From a plasmid, in sequence record NZ_CP090008.1: a DNA stretch of 64,000 nt; one strand, written 5' to 3'. Below are positions 38,665-48,616 of the stretch, one piece after another (within the stretch, counting starts at the first letter, position 1; every line of letters begins with the position of its first letter). Under the pieces are notes generated by a model. The model did not search any database. It was not told the DNA's origin and saw nothing but the letters and a program-made list of their open reading frames with translations. A program made the translations under genes and the position numbers.

Positions 38665-39710
38665 TTTCAACTGAGATTGAGAAAAAATATCTACTTACAA
38701 AAGAAGAATTTCTATCCTTTAGTAGAGATTTTTTTAAAAGTGCAAAAATTCAAGAACAAACTAATTATTATTTTGATAGTTTAGATTTTTCACTATTAAA
38801 GAGAGGAATGACTCTTAGAATTCGAGAAAAATATGATAAATATATTTTAACATTAAAGAAAAAGAAATCAGTCAAAATAATTGTAGAATCGGAAGAAATT
38901 AATTTCGTAATTACACCGCAAGACTTTCAAGAGGCAATCTTAACTGGAGAATTTCCCCAAAATGTAAAGAAAGAACTAGACTCATTAATTCCCGAAAAGA
39001 AAATTTTTTATCTAGGTTTTCTAAAAACTAAAAGATATGTAATCGAAAAAAATTCTTTGATATATTGTTTAGATAAAAATAATTATTTTGGAAAGGAGGA
39101 TTTTGAATTAGAAATTGAAGGAACAGAGAAAGGACTAAAAGAAATTGAAATTGATATTTCCAAGAGCAAATCTAATAATGTTGGAAAATATGCTAGATTT
39201 ATTGATGAATTATTGAAAGGAAACGGTAATTATCTGATTAAAACTCAAGTGTCTGCAATTATTCTTAATAAAAGTAGCGATAAAGTTTGTCTTATTAAGA
39301 AGGATATTCCAACCTCAAGTATACATAATATGTGGCTTCCACCCGGTGGACATATCGATTTTGGAGAAAATTTAATAGATGCTGTCAAAAGAGAGGTCTA
39401 TGAAGAGACAGGGTTAGAAGTTACGGTTTCAAAATTATCTAGCATTGTATCGTTTCATCAAAAAAAGGCAGAGCAAGCTATTTGTTTCTTTTATGTCGCA
39501 GAATCCCAAAATATTAATGAAATAAATGTCACTGAGCCAGGCATTGAATGCAGGTGGTTTAATTTAAAAGATATACTAAGTGGAGATGATATAAATATGA
39601 CATCCTATCATAAGCTTATAATATCCGACTTGCAAGATAACAGGATTTTATATTTGAATTTAAAAAAATCTGATAATCAATATAATATTGAAAATATAGT
39701 TCATATTTAA
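38661..39710 (+). CDS. CYTH (triphosphate tunnel) - NUDIX fusion protein
   Basis: N-terminus MISTEIEKKYLL (CYTH EIE[RK]KFL start); C-terminal Nudix box GGHIDFGENLIDAVKREVYEETGL; ATGA overlap with kinase gene. Confidence 0.6.
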   Translation: MISTEIEKKYLLTKEEFLSFSRDFFKSAKIQEQTNYYFDSLDFSLLKRGMTLRIREKYDKYILTLKKKKSVKIIVESEEINFVITPQDFQEAILTGEFPQNVKKELDSLIPEKKIFYLGFLKTKRYVIEKNSLIYCLDKNNYFGKEDFELEIEGTEKGLKEIEIDISKSKSNNVGKYARFIDELLKGNGNYLIKTQVSAIILNKSSDKVCLIKKDIPTSSIHNMWLPPGGHIDFGENLIDAVKREVYEETGLEVTVSKLSSIVSFHQKKAEQAICFFYVAESQNINEINVTEPGIECRWFNLKDILSGDDINMTSYHKLIISDLQDNRILYLNLKKSDNQYNIENIVHI

Positions 39711-39894
39711 AAGATTAAAACTAGTTATATATAAAATCTAGGTATAACTGTTCCACTGAATTCCATAGATATAATTAGCTTCTTAAATGTAGGGCTATTT
39801 TATAGCTTGAATATACAATATAAGTGCACAATAAAAACTCATAAGATTTTCTAGTAAAATAGAATTGAACGAACTAGTTACGAAAGGAAATCTT

Positions 39895-40881
39895 ATGAGC
39901 TACCATCATTTTACTATAGATGAACGTGAAAGCATTCTCGTTTACCGTACGCATGACCTAAATTTTTCTCAAATTGCTAAATCACTTCATCGTCATTAGT
40001 CTAGCAGTAGTGGTGAGTGGCAACGACATCTTAAAGAAGGAAGCTATTCTCCAAGTCATGCATAGGAATCTTATCATATGGCTAAATCACACTGTGGGCG
40101 GAAACGTATGCTTGAAATAGATCACAATTTAAGCAATACCGTCAAACATCTATTTCTCGATTACCAATGGTCTCCCGAAGAAATAGAAGGTCGGTTGCGA
40201 TTAGAGTATGGAAAAACTGTTATTAGTTATCAAACAATCTATAGAGCCATTTACAGAGGGCATTTTGATGATAACTCACTATCTCATGGTGCTCGTGGTG
40301 TCATTCGAAAGCTCCGTCATCGTGGTAAAACACGTCATACAAAAGGTTATGTCGAAAATAGAGGGAAAATCTCTATATCTCATACAATTCACGAAAGACT
40401 AGAAGATGCTAATAACCGAACTAGAATAGGAGATTGGGAAGCCGATACTGTTGCAGGTAAAACTAGAAAAGCTTGTTTAGTGACTCTAACTGACCGTTAT
40501 TCTCGTTTTCTAAAAATCCAGAAGGTAGCTGTCAAGAAAAGCAAGTTGGTAATAGAAGCTATGGTAAAAATGTTAGAGCCCTTGACGAAGCATACAATAA
40601 CTCCTGATAGAGGGAAAGAATTCACGTATCATCAGAAATTGAGCGATCAATTGAACATTGAAGTCTATTTTCCTGACCCTCATGCTCCATGGCAACGAGG
40701 AACCAATGAGAACACGAAAGGATTACTTTGAGAGTATTTTCCAAAGGGTAGTGATCTAACATTGGTTGATGATCAGACTATTCAGCTGTGGGAGAACAAA
40801 CTTAATAATAGGCCACGAAAATGTCTTAACTGGAAAACACCTTATGAAGTATTCTATGGGGAAAGTATGCACTTAATTTGA
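39895..40881 (+). pseudogene. IS30-family transposase, disrupted by stop codons/frameshift
   Basis: MSYHHFTIDERESILVYR...(stop)...RIGDWEADTVAGK...TPDRGKEF...HAPWQRGTNENTKGLL(stop)EYFPKG; reading frame broken at least twice. Confidence 0.7.
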
Positions 40882-40953
40882 CAATTCAAGAGTAAAATAA
40901 ATTTAGAAGACATATTTTTATTTGATTTAAGTTATTTGATTTAAGGAGGCGAA

Positions 40954-41745
40954 ATGCTACTAGCTGTAATAAGAAGAAACTGGCAGATGTATAAAAGATA
41001 TTTTCCAGTAACATTGTTTTTTAATAGGGGTTTGGATGCTGGTTTTACTCTATTAGGTTTGTGGTTAATAGCGAATTTTTTATTCGCAAATAACATTAAA
41101 GTTGGTAATGCTATAGAGTACTCAGATTACTTCAGTTATGCTGCAGTAGGATTGGTTTATTATAATGCATCAATTGCTATTCTGATGAATGTAGGGAGAG
41201 CATTAATAACAGAAGTTAGAGAAGGCACTCTTGAAAGTACATTAGTATCTCCTTTTAACATTGTCTATTATTACTTAGGAATCTTTTTAGAGCAGTTTGT
41301 AAGGACCTTTTTGGAATTTCTATTTTCTTATATAATTGCTATTTTGCTCGGTGCAGATTTACAACAAATTACATTACTGATTTTATTGCTTGGCTTCTTA
41401 TATGTTTCGATTTGCTCTTTTTCGATGGGGGTATTCCTATCAAATATAATGTTGTGGTTTAGGGATACATTCATTAGTCAAAATACAATTTTTCTGATAA
41501 TCTTCTTGGTCTCAGGCATTACCTTTCCAATAGAATTATTGCCAAAATTTTTAAGGGTGATTAGTAATTTTATACCGTTAACATATTCTATTAAGGCAAT
41601 AAGAACCTTATATTTGGAAACCCAGACGAGTATGATCAATCTTAGCTTTATACAAGGTTTACTACTTTCAATATTATACTTCTTGATAGGGATTCTGGTA
41701 TATAATAAGGTTGAGAAAAAAATTGTAAGTGATGTTTCATATTAA
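40954..41745 (+). CDS. ABC-2 type exporter permease
   Basis: 263 aa, 6 TM helices. Confidence 0.6.
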   Translation: MLLAVIRRNWQMYKRYFPVTLFFNRGLDAGFTLLGLWLIANFLFANNIKVGNAIEYSDYFSYAAVGLVYYNASIAILMNVGRALITEVREGTLESTLVSPFNIVYYYLGIFLEQFVRTFLEFLFSYIIAILLGADLQQITLLILLLGFLYVSICSFSMGVFLSNIMLWFRDTFISQNTIFLIIFLVSGITFPIELLPKFLRVISNFIPLTYSIKAIRTLYLETQTSMINLSFIQGLLLSILYFLIGILVYNKVEKKIVSDVSY

Positions 41746-41763
41746 GTGAAGGAGAGAAATAAA

Positions 41764-42744
41764 ATGTATGAAGTATTCAATATTTCAAAAGATTATGTAA
41801 CAAAAAAGAGAATAGGATTGTTTAAACATAAAAAAGAAGTTAAAAAAGCTATACAAGATGTAAATTTATCAGTCCCTAGAGGTAAAATTATTGGTGTTTT
41901 AGGAGAAAATGGTGCAGGGAAAACAACTTTAATAAAGATGATGACAACACTTCTATCAAGTGATACTGGAAAAATTTTGATAGATGGAGTTGACATTAAT
42001 CAAAATGTAAAAAATACTCGAAAAAGGATCAACATCATTAGTGGAGGAGAAAAAAATCTCTATTGGAGATTGACTGCAGTTGAAAATTTACTCTATTTTG
42101 CTTCTCTGTACGGTCTTCCAAAGAAAGAGGCATTACCTAAGATAGATAATTTATTGAATGAATTAGGGCTTTGGGAAAGTAAGGATACTCCTGTAGAAAA
42201 ATTTTCAAAGGGAATGAAGCAACGCTTACAAATTGCTAAAGGACTAATCAATGATCCAGAATATTTATTTCTTGATGAACCTACACTAGGTCTAGATGTC
42301 AGTATTGCTTACGAGTTGAGAAAAAAATTAAAAGAGATAGCGGCTAAGCGGAATACAGGAATTTTGTTAACAACTCACTACATGGCTGAAGCAGATGAAT
42401 TATGTGATTATATTTATTTTTTAAAACATGGTAAAGTAATTGTGTCAGGTACCAAAACACAGGTTTTTGAACAATTACAGATGACACCAGAGCTTCATGT
42501 CATCCTTTCAGATAGGGATGATGAAAATTCTTCAAAGCTGGCTCAAGTTAGTCGTTTATTTCCATGTATAATTTTGGAAAAATTTGGTAGTAGTATATTG
42601 TTGAAATTCTCTCTTTCAGAATATAATGTGCAGGATATAATAAAAAGCCTATATAATAATCAAATTGAAATTAAGGAAATAAGATATAATGAGCCTACTC
42701 TTGAAAATGTTATTCTAAATTTAGGAGGAAAGAGCTTAAAATGA
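41764..42744 (+). CDS. ABC transporter ATP-binding protein
   Basis: Walker A GENGAGKTT, LSGG-like KFSKGMKQRL, Walker B LFLDEP. Confidence 0.75.
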   Translation: MYEVFNISKDYVTKKRIGLFKHKKEVKKAIQDVNLSVPRGKIIGVLGENGAGKTTLIKMMTTLLSSDTGKILIDGVDINQNVKNTRKRINIISGGEKNLYWRLTAVENLLYFASLYGLPKKEALPKIDNLLNELGLWESKDTPVEKFSKGMKQRLQIAKGLINDPEYLFLDEPTLGLDVSIAYELRKKLKEIAAKRNTGILLTTHYMAEADELCDYIYFLKHGKVIVSGTKTQVFEQLQMTPELHVILSDRDDENSSKLAQVSRLFPCIILEKFGSSILLKFSLSEYNVQDIIKSLYNNQIEIKEIRYNEPTLENVILNLGGKSLK

Positions 42745-43535
42745 ATTCGATAATAGTTAGTACTTTTAAGAGTGAATTTAGAAGAACATTTTTAAATGAC
42801 AGTATTAATAAATTTTATTTTTTTTCAATGATACTTTGGCCAATTATTTCTCTAATTCAAATTTTTTACAATATGCAAGCCTTTCCAATTACGGATATAC
42901 AAATAGCATCTCTAAGATATGAAGACCAATTAATTTATTTTATATTTATTGGTTATTGTGTTTACATCATTTTTTCAAATGCTGTTCAGAGTGCATGGAG
43001 GCTTGGTGGAGAACGATATCAAGGAACTCTTAGTCAAATTTTTATTGCTCCAATTAAAAAAAATCTATGGCTTTATGCACGTACCTTATCACTTATTTTA
43101 AGTAATTCATGGTTTTTTATCACTATTTTTATTATTGGAAATTTTGTCTATTCTGATGCTTATGAATATATTCTTGCGTCCACTTTTATTTTAGTTGTTG
43201 CATCCTGGATTTGGGCAAGTTTCTTAGGTAGTATTTGTATCAGTTTGAGAGATGCAACGGTAGTTTATGTATTATTGGAGAGCTCTCAAAATACTTTTAG
43301 TGGTGCTAAAGTTCCATTATCAAAATCACCTCGATTAATAAAAGTTATAGGGAGTTTATTTCCCATTAGCTACACAATTATTTATCTAAGAGATATACTT
43401 CTTTATAAAGAGATTATAAGTATAAGTGCTATTTGGTGCTTATGCATAAATATCTTTGTTATTTTATTAACGAAGATAGTGTTAGAAGTTGGAGAAAGAC
43501 ACATGAAAAAAGTGGGCAGTTTTGATTTATTTTGA
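42741..43535 (+). CDS. ABC-2 type exporter permease (second)
   Basis: 264 aa, 6 TM helices, ATGA overlap with ATPase gene. Confidence 0.6.
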   Translation: MNSIIVSTFKSEFRRTFLNDSINKFYFFSMILWPIISLIQIFYNMQAFPITDIQIASLRYEDQLIYFIFIGYCVYIIFSNAVQSAWRLGGERYQGTLSQIFIAPIKKNLWLYARTLSLILSNSWFFITIFIIGNFVYSDAYEYILASTFILVVASWIWASFLGSICISLRDATVVYVLLESSQNTFSGAKVPLSKSPRLIKVIGSLFPISYTIIYLRDILLYKEIISISAIWCLCINIFVILLTKIVLEVGERHMKKVGSFDLF

Positions 43536-43789
43536 ATCGTGCTTAACTAGCTATTTAAATTTAGAGTAATTATTTCATTTAATTTATATTTTATCAATAA
43601 TAAAGGGGTAGTACTAAGGAAAAATTATATAGAGAGTTAGCTGAATCCTCTTCGAAACTCAGTGAAAAATAGTTCAATTATTGTTTCGTCAGATCAACAC
43701 GATTTAATCATTTGATACAATGCTCATATCTTTCAATACTCAATTGTTTTTACAACTTTTGGATGTTTAATTTATACAGTCTACGATTT

Positions 43790-43988
43790 CTACCATATTT
43801 TCAACCTTGCAATCAAGTGCAATACATATTTTCAATAAAATATCAGTAGTGATATTTTCCCCTTTTCCTAATTTTGCTAGAGAAGAGGAGCTAATCCCTA
43901 CTTCTTGCCGGAGCTTTGTTTTGATTCAACCTTTATCAATGAGAAGTTTCCATAATTTATTATAACTAAACTTCATCTGAGTTTTTTC
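43790..43988 (-). pseudogene. XRE-family HTH protein with in-frame TGA
   Basis: rc reads MKFSYNKLWKLLIDKG(stop)IKTKLRQEVGISSSSLAKLGKGENITTDILLKICIALDCKVENMVEIVD. Confidence 0.55.
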
Positions 43989-44588
43989 CTTTGTTCCATG
44001 AAATACCGTAGAGTTCATTTCCGTTACTAGAGAGTCTCAGTACAGTATTTTCTGACAAGAGATGATTAGCTTCTGGATAATACGAGATAGCTTTATCAAA
44101 GGATAAAAAGACTTGTTTGTTCAATGATTTTGATTGGTCATATAGCTTCAACAGGGCTTCGGTTGCTTGGTAACTAATATTACTTAAGAGTAATGAATCA
44201 TGGGCAAGTGCTGGAAGATTAGTTAGATAGAGTATTGCTAAATCGTACAATATCATTCCTTTGAACTTAGTTCCTGTACCGTCGTCGTCAGGGGTATAGA
44301 AGGAATAGCTATTATAGGTTCTGAGGATAATTTGAGGAGCTTTGCGAATATCTGGATAAAGGAAATCATTGAATTCTCGCATTTTAGCATTGATTTTTCC
44401 TTCTAGCTCTATTAGAATGTGATCCAACGCTACTGTATTTTCAAAACTAATATATTCTGTTGGGTTTTCAATCCCATAAACAGATTGCAGTAGGTCTAGC
44501 CAAAAAGACTGGCTCTCTTGTCTTTCTCTACCACGGTTTTCCCAACGCTTAATAAAAGCCTTGGCTTGTTTTTTTCTGTTCTCTAGTG
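43966..44588 (-). pseudogene. N-terminal fragment of an MmeI-like (Type IIL/IIG) restriction enzyme or related PD-(D/E)xK protein; frameshift in A7 tract
   Basis: rc: ATG AAC ACT AGA GAA CAG AAAAAAA then, in the +1 frame, QAKAFIKRWENRGRERQESQSFWLDLLQSVYGIENP... (cf. MmeI N-terminus ...KRWEDASDENSQAKPFLIDFFEVFGI as I recall it); ORF stops after ~207 aa. Confidence 0.35.
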
Positions 44589-44706
44589 TTCATTACTACT
44601 AATTCTTTCTAAATAGACTCGGTGTCATTGTACCATATATTTCTACTGTATTTTAGTAGGTATTATCTACATTAACTAACTGTCAAGTGACTAGATATAA
44701 CTTGGG

Positions 44707-44745
44707 GGGTGTCACACCCCCTAAGTCTCTTTTTTAAAACATAGA
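44707..44745. terminator. GC-rich palindrome GGGGGGTGTCACACCCCC + T-run
   Basis: Perfect palindrome followed by taagtctctttttt. Confidence 0.55.
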
Positions 44746-44764
44746 AAGGTGCTATACTAAGTCC

Positions 44765-45355
44765 ATGAAAAAAGATTCTAAGTACATTATTACTTTGGTG
44801 GTCATTTTCCTCGCTCTTGGAGTCATGTTTTTGGTCTCTGCCTTAATGAAGAAAAATGAACCGAAGAAAAAAATAACACCCCCTAGCACCGAACAGGTGA
44901 TTGAAGATTCATCCTCGGAAGACATTCTAAAAGAAGATAAGTATGAGAGATGGCGTAAAGAGGCACTTGCGACCTTAGAAACACAAACACCTGCAGATGA
45001 TGCTGACACGCAAACTGTAAAGAATGCTTTGAAAGAAATGTGTTCTTATGTTGAGACTGTTCAGAACGTAACCGATGTTAAGCCAGATTATCAAAATCAC
45101 TTAACTATTACTAGCACTAAGATGCAGTATGAGCTTGTAGCGAAATTCATGCTAGGTTATAAGTACTCTGATGCTAAAACGCAAGTATTTAAAGCTAAAG
45201 CGGACAATGTTCGTCAGTTTGTCCTTGAGGTTGCTAACCCAGATGGTGCAAAACTCTATTTCTGTGGGAATTACGTTATGGGAACAACTCAAATAGAAGT
45301 AACATCAGTTCATGGAGTAGCTGAAGCTGATCATGCTGAACATGGACATGATTAA
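44765..45355 (+). CDS. membrane-anchored hypothetical protein
   Basis: N-terminal TM; His-rich C-terminus HAEHGHD. Confidence 0.5.
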   Translation: MKKDSKYIITLVVIFLALGVMFLVSALMKKNEPKKKITPPSTEQVIEDSSSEDILKEDKYERWRKEALATLETQTPADDADTQTVKNALKEMCSYVETVQNVTDVKPDYQNHLTITSTKMQYELVAKFMLGYKYSDAKTQVFKAKADNVRQFVLEVANPDGAKLYFCGNYVMGTTQIEVTSVHGVAEADHAEHGHD

Positions 45356-45559
45356 ACGTAGTCAATCCGTCTTACATATCTTGTTTAGCTTCATCAAGAG
45401 ATGGAGCTTTTCTTTATCTATTCAACTCTAATAGGAATTTTTGTCCCTGTGTAAGTGCATATCTTCTTAATCCTTGATATAATAGTGCCATAGCACAGGG
45501 ATTAAAGAATTGGTGATAATAAGAGAATAGGATTAAAGAACGATTGGAGATGAGGAGTC

Positions 45560-46132
45560 ATGGAAAAAGAAACAAAGCGTCTTTTAAGGAAGTTGGTCAG
45601 ATTATTTGACGGACAGACTAAGGAATATCTTTTAAAATATACTGATGATGTTGCTGAGTTAAATATTGAAGAACAAAATAAACTAGCTCAAGAGTTACCG
45701 GCTAGACACTTAAGTGCTGAAATTTTAAGTGATATTCAACGAATTAAAAACGGTGAAGAACCACGTTTCTTTACTAAGGATGGACAATATAAGGGACTAT
45801 GTGTTGAAGAATACAACCAGCGTGACTTTATGACTCGTCAGCAACGTTACGTTCTAAGTTGGGCGTTTGGAATGCTACTCTTTTTGGCAGTCTTTACAAT
45901 TGTATCTTGGAACTTTGTTCCCAACGTTATCCAAAAAATGGAAACTAGTACATCACTATTGAACTATACTGAGAACTATGGCACTCGTCCTGAACAGGTC
46001 TTTGCAATGGTTGTATGTGGTGTTTTATTGATATTACTTTCGGTAGTTGTTTCACTAGTATGTTTGAAGAGGTATCGTAAAAATACTGAAGAACCTATCA
46101 ATGTTGTATTAACCGATGATTTGAGATTATAA
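45560..46132 (+). CDS. hypothetical protein with two TM helices
   Basis: Followed by palindromic terminator aagcttaagctt. Confidence 0.5.
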   Translation: MEKETKRLLRKLVRLFDGQTKEYLLKYTDDVAELNIEEQNKLAQELPARHLSAEILSDIQRIKNGEEPRFFTKDGQYKGLCVEEYNQRDFMTRQQRYVLSWAFGMLLFLAVFTIVSWNFVPNVIQKMETSTSLLNYTENYGTRPEQVFAMVVCGVLLILLSVVVSLVCLKRYRKNTEEPINVVLTDDLRL

Positions 46133-46566
46133 AAGCTGAAGCTTAAGCTTTGGCTTTTTTGGTGTTTTTAAACTTGATCGCTACATGTTACTGGGAAAAT
46201 GTAGAGTGTCATAATGGGACTTTACGGTACTTGATATTTCCTAATTAAATAAATATATAGCCAGATCATTTTCAATGTTACATAATAAAAAGATAAAAGT
46301 ACATGTAACTCGCACTTTATTATTAATTTGTTTGTACATGATTGAATACAGGAACAGGTGCATTGTTAATGCGCTTGTTTTATATATCTATATTGATAAA
46401 ATATAATCATGAGATAAATAAAAAACTAAGGGAACAGAATTCAGTATCATTTTGATTTAATAGTCTTTCTGTTTTATCTAGTAAAATAGATATTTGGTTT
46501 AGCTAGATAAAGTAATCAAGGACTTTTAGTATAATGTGACGAATTCGGAAATGAAAGGAAAAAGTA

Positions 46567-46791
46567 ATGTTTGATAAGTTAGATTATAGTATGAAGATGA
46601 TGGCTCGAGAAATTGAAGGCCTAGAATTTGTTGAAGGAAAATACCTTCTGGATCCTAATGACCCTAAAGCTTTCAATTCGATGGAGGAAATTGAGCTTTA
46701 TAAGGAATTGGCGAAGAAGTCAGCTATTGAGTTTCTTAAGGAAGAACCAGAATATTCTTCAAATCCATTTGAAGAGCTTATGAAAGATTGA
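46567..46791 (+). CDS. small acidic hypothetical protein
   Basis: RBS AAAGGAAAAAG; 74 aa. Confidence 0.4.
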   Translation: MFDKLDYSMKMMAREIEGLEFVEGKYLLDPNDPKAFNSMEEIELYKELAKKSAIEFLKEEPEYSSNPFEELMKD

Positions 46792-46903
46792 GGAGAAGTA
46801 GCATAGCCTATGGTTCCGTTACTAGAACTTCAATACAATTTATTGATAACAAATGGCAATTCACCATAGTTAATTATAGTTGTTAGTACTTGGGAGGTAA
46901 AAA

Positions 46904-47662
46904 ATGACTTCAGTAACAAACCTAATAAAGGTAGTGAAACAGCCTAGAGGTGGTTACATACCATTGAAGCAGTTTTCAGCGATTACCTTAGATGACGGAA
47001 AAACCTTGAATTCAGATGAGTCTGTATCGCCTGGACTTGTTGGTCTGGCTGTAGACTATCTAACACGTTTGATGAATGGTGCTCAGCCCAAAGAAGCGTT
47101 TAAGATTTCTTTAAATGGAGCGTATCTGGTTGGTGAATTTGATAAGGCTATTTCACTATTAGACCAAATTGTTGGACTAGATAATCAATCAATTGCTGCT
47201 GCATGTATTCTGGTGGGTTATGATGTTGCTTTTAGAGCAGGGCCTGCTCGTTTTATGACAGTTGATACTATTCACGCTGATGAAGCCACGATTGAAAATA
47301 TTCGTATCATGGTACAGCGAAGTCTACACTTCTTTGAAATCTATGGGCCAATCACTTTAGATGGATTTACATTCGACTCTGCATATACGGACACAATCAC
47401 ATCAGGTGATGGAGATTACTTAACCAAGGATACTCTCTGGGATTTCAAGGTCATAAAATCAAAACCAAATAAGGACTATACGCTGCAGGTTCTTATATAC
47501 TATTTAATGGGGATTCGTTCCAATCAACCAGAGTTCTTGAGTATATCAAAGCTGGGTTTCTTTAATCCACGACAAAATGTAGTTTATCAGACAGCCATAG
47601 CTGATATTCCTAAGGAAGTTATTGAGATTGTTGAAAAAAATGTTATTGGCTATCCAGACTAG
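46904..47662 (+). CDS. PD-(D/E)xK nuclease-like hypothetical protein
   Basis: GDGDYLTKDTLWDFKVIK (D...D-x-K arrangement); RBS GGGAGG. Confidence 0.4.
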   Translation: MTSVTNLIKVVKQPRGGYIPLKQFSAITLDDGKTLNSDESVSPGLVGLAVDYLTRLMNGAQPKEAFKISLNGAYLVGEFDKAISLLDQIVGLDNQSIAAACILVGYDVAFRAGPARFMTVDTIHADEATIENIRIMVQRSLHFFEIYGPITLDGFTFDSAYTDTITSGDGDYLTKDTLWDFKVIKSKPNKDYTLQVLIYYLMGIRSNQPEFLSISKLGFFNPRQNVVYQTAIADIPKEVIEIVEKNVIGYPD

Positions 47663-47687
47663 ATAGTCTGGATTTTGGAGGTTCAAC

Positions 47688-47804
47688 ATGGAAATAGATC
47701 GTTACTGTAATAGTTGTCTAGGATACTATTCGTATGATATTGATGAAACAGATAATTACGAAAAGTGTCGTTGGTGTGGCTCAGAAGATACTGAAGAAGC
47801 CTGA
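47688..47804 (+). CDS. 38-aa zinc-ribbon peptide (CNSC...CRWC)
   Basis: MEIDRYCNSCLGYYSYDIDETDNYEKCRWCGSEDTEEA; RBS GGAGG 7 nt upstream. Confidence 0.4.
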   Translation: MEIDRYCNSCLGYYSYDIDETDNYEKCRWCGSEDTEEA

Positions 47805-47907
47805 GGTTAAAGGTATCCCAATGCTATTTTCTCTCTTTGTTTTCATACACTCTTGATGCTTATTTGGAAGAGAGAGCTTTCAACACTAAATTTATCGCTT
47901 CATAGTA

Positions 47908-47965
47908 GGCTCTATAATTTCTGTAGTAGGTAAAACTACTGTAGAGATTATGGAGCTATTTTCTA
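47908..47965. mobile_element. solo ISL3-family terminal repeat remnant
   Basis: GGCTCTATAATTTCTGTAGTAGGTAAAACTACTGTAGAGATTATGGAG nearly identical to 30464-30515. Confidence 0.6.
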
Positions 47966-48616
47966 TTTTTGGGGAACAAATTACCAAAAAGCAGTTATCG
48001 AAAGAACATTAACTATATCTTTCCCTGAATACCAGTAGGAACAGACTACAAATATTACTTAAGTAGGAGATGGAAGGTTTACAACGACAGGACGAGACCT
48101 TACCCCGTAATTGGAAATTTATATTAAAGGATAGTGCAAGCGTACTTGATGGAGTGTTAGAAGAGAATGAGGCGAGGAAGCTTATTAATTTGCAAACTAA
48201 AAGCACTGTCACTTCGTACTTAGTGCCAGCAGAATAATTATTAAATAAACACCTCGCCCCAAGAATAGTGCCTAACTTCAAGTGATGAGAACTGCTGGTC
48301 AGGGGTCTGGACGAGATATAGCTTATCACTATCGTGAAACAAATCAAAGAAGCTGTGTACTGCAACAACTAGAGGAGCAGGTACAACACCGCCCTGTATC
48401 TTTAACTTTTGAATCACTGAGGGCTTTATTAAAGACAAGAAAAAGGAATTTATCAAGTAAACCTTGAAGTTGATAAAGCAACGTCTAAAAAATAGTTCAT
48501 TTTAAATGACTTTTGAAAATTTAGGGCTCTCTGCGCTTGCTCTTATAATTTCCTCTGTGCTACACTAATCTTAGTTTAAGAAAAGACGATTCAAATATCT
48601 ATGAAAGGAGAAAAAT

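Noticed and set aside
43966-44427. Initial reading of this ORF as the C-terminal half of an Rgg regulator paired with the upstream HTH
   Set aside because: Strand/order are inconsistent (the HTH ORF lies downstream, not upstream, on the minus strand), and the extended frame resembles a restriction-enzyme N-terminus instead.
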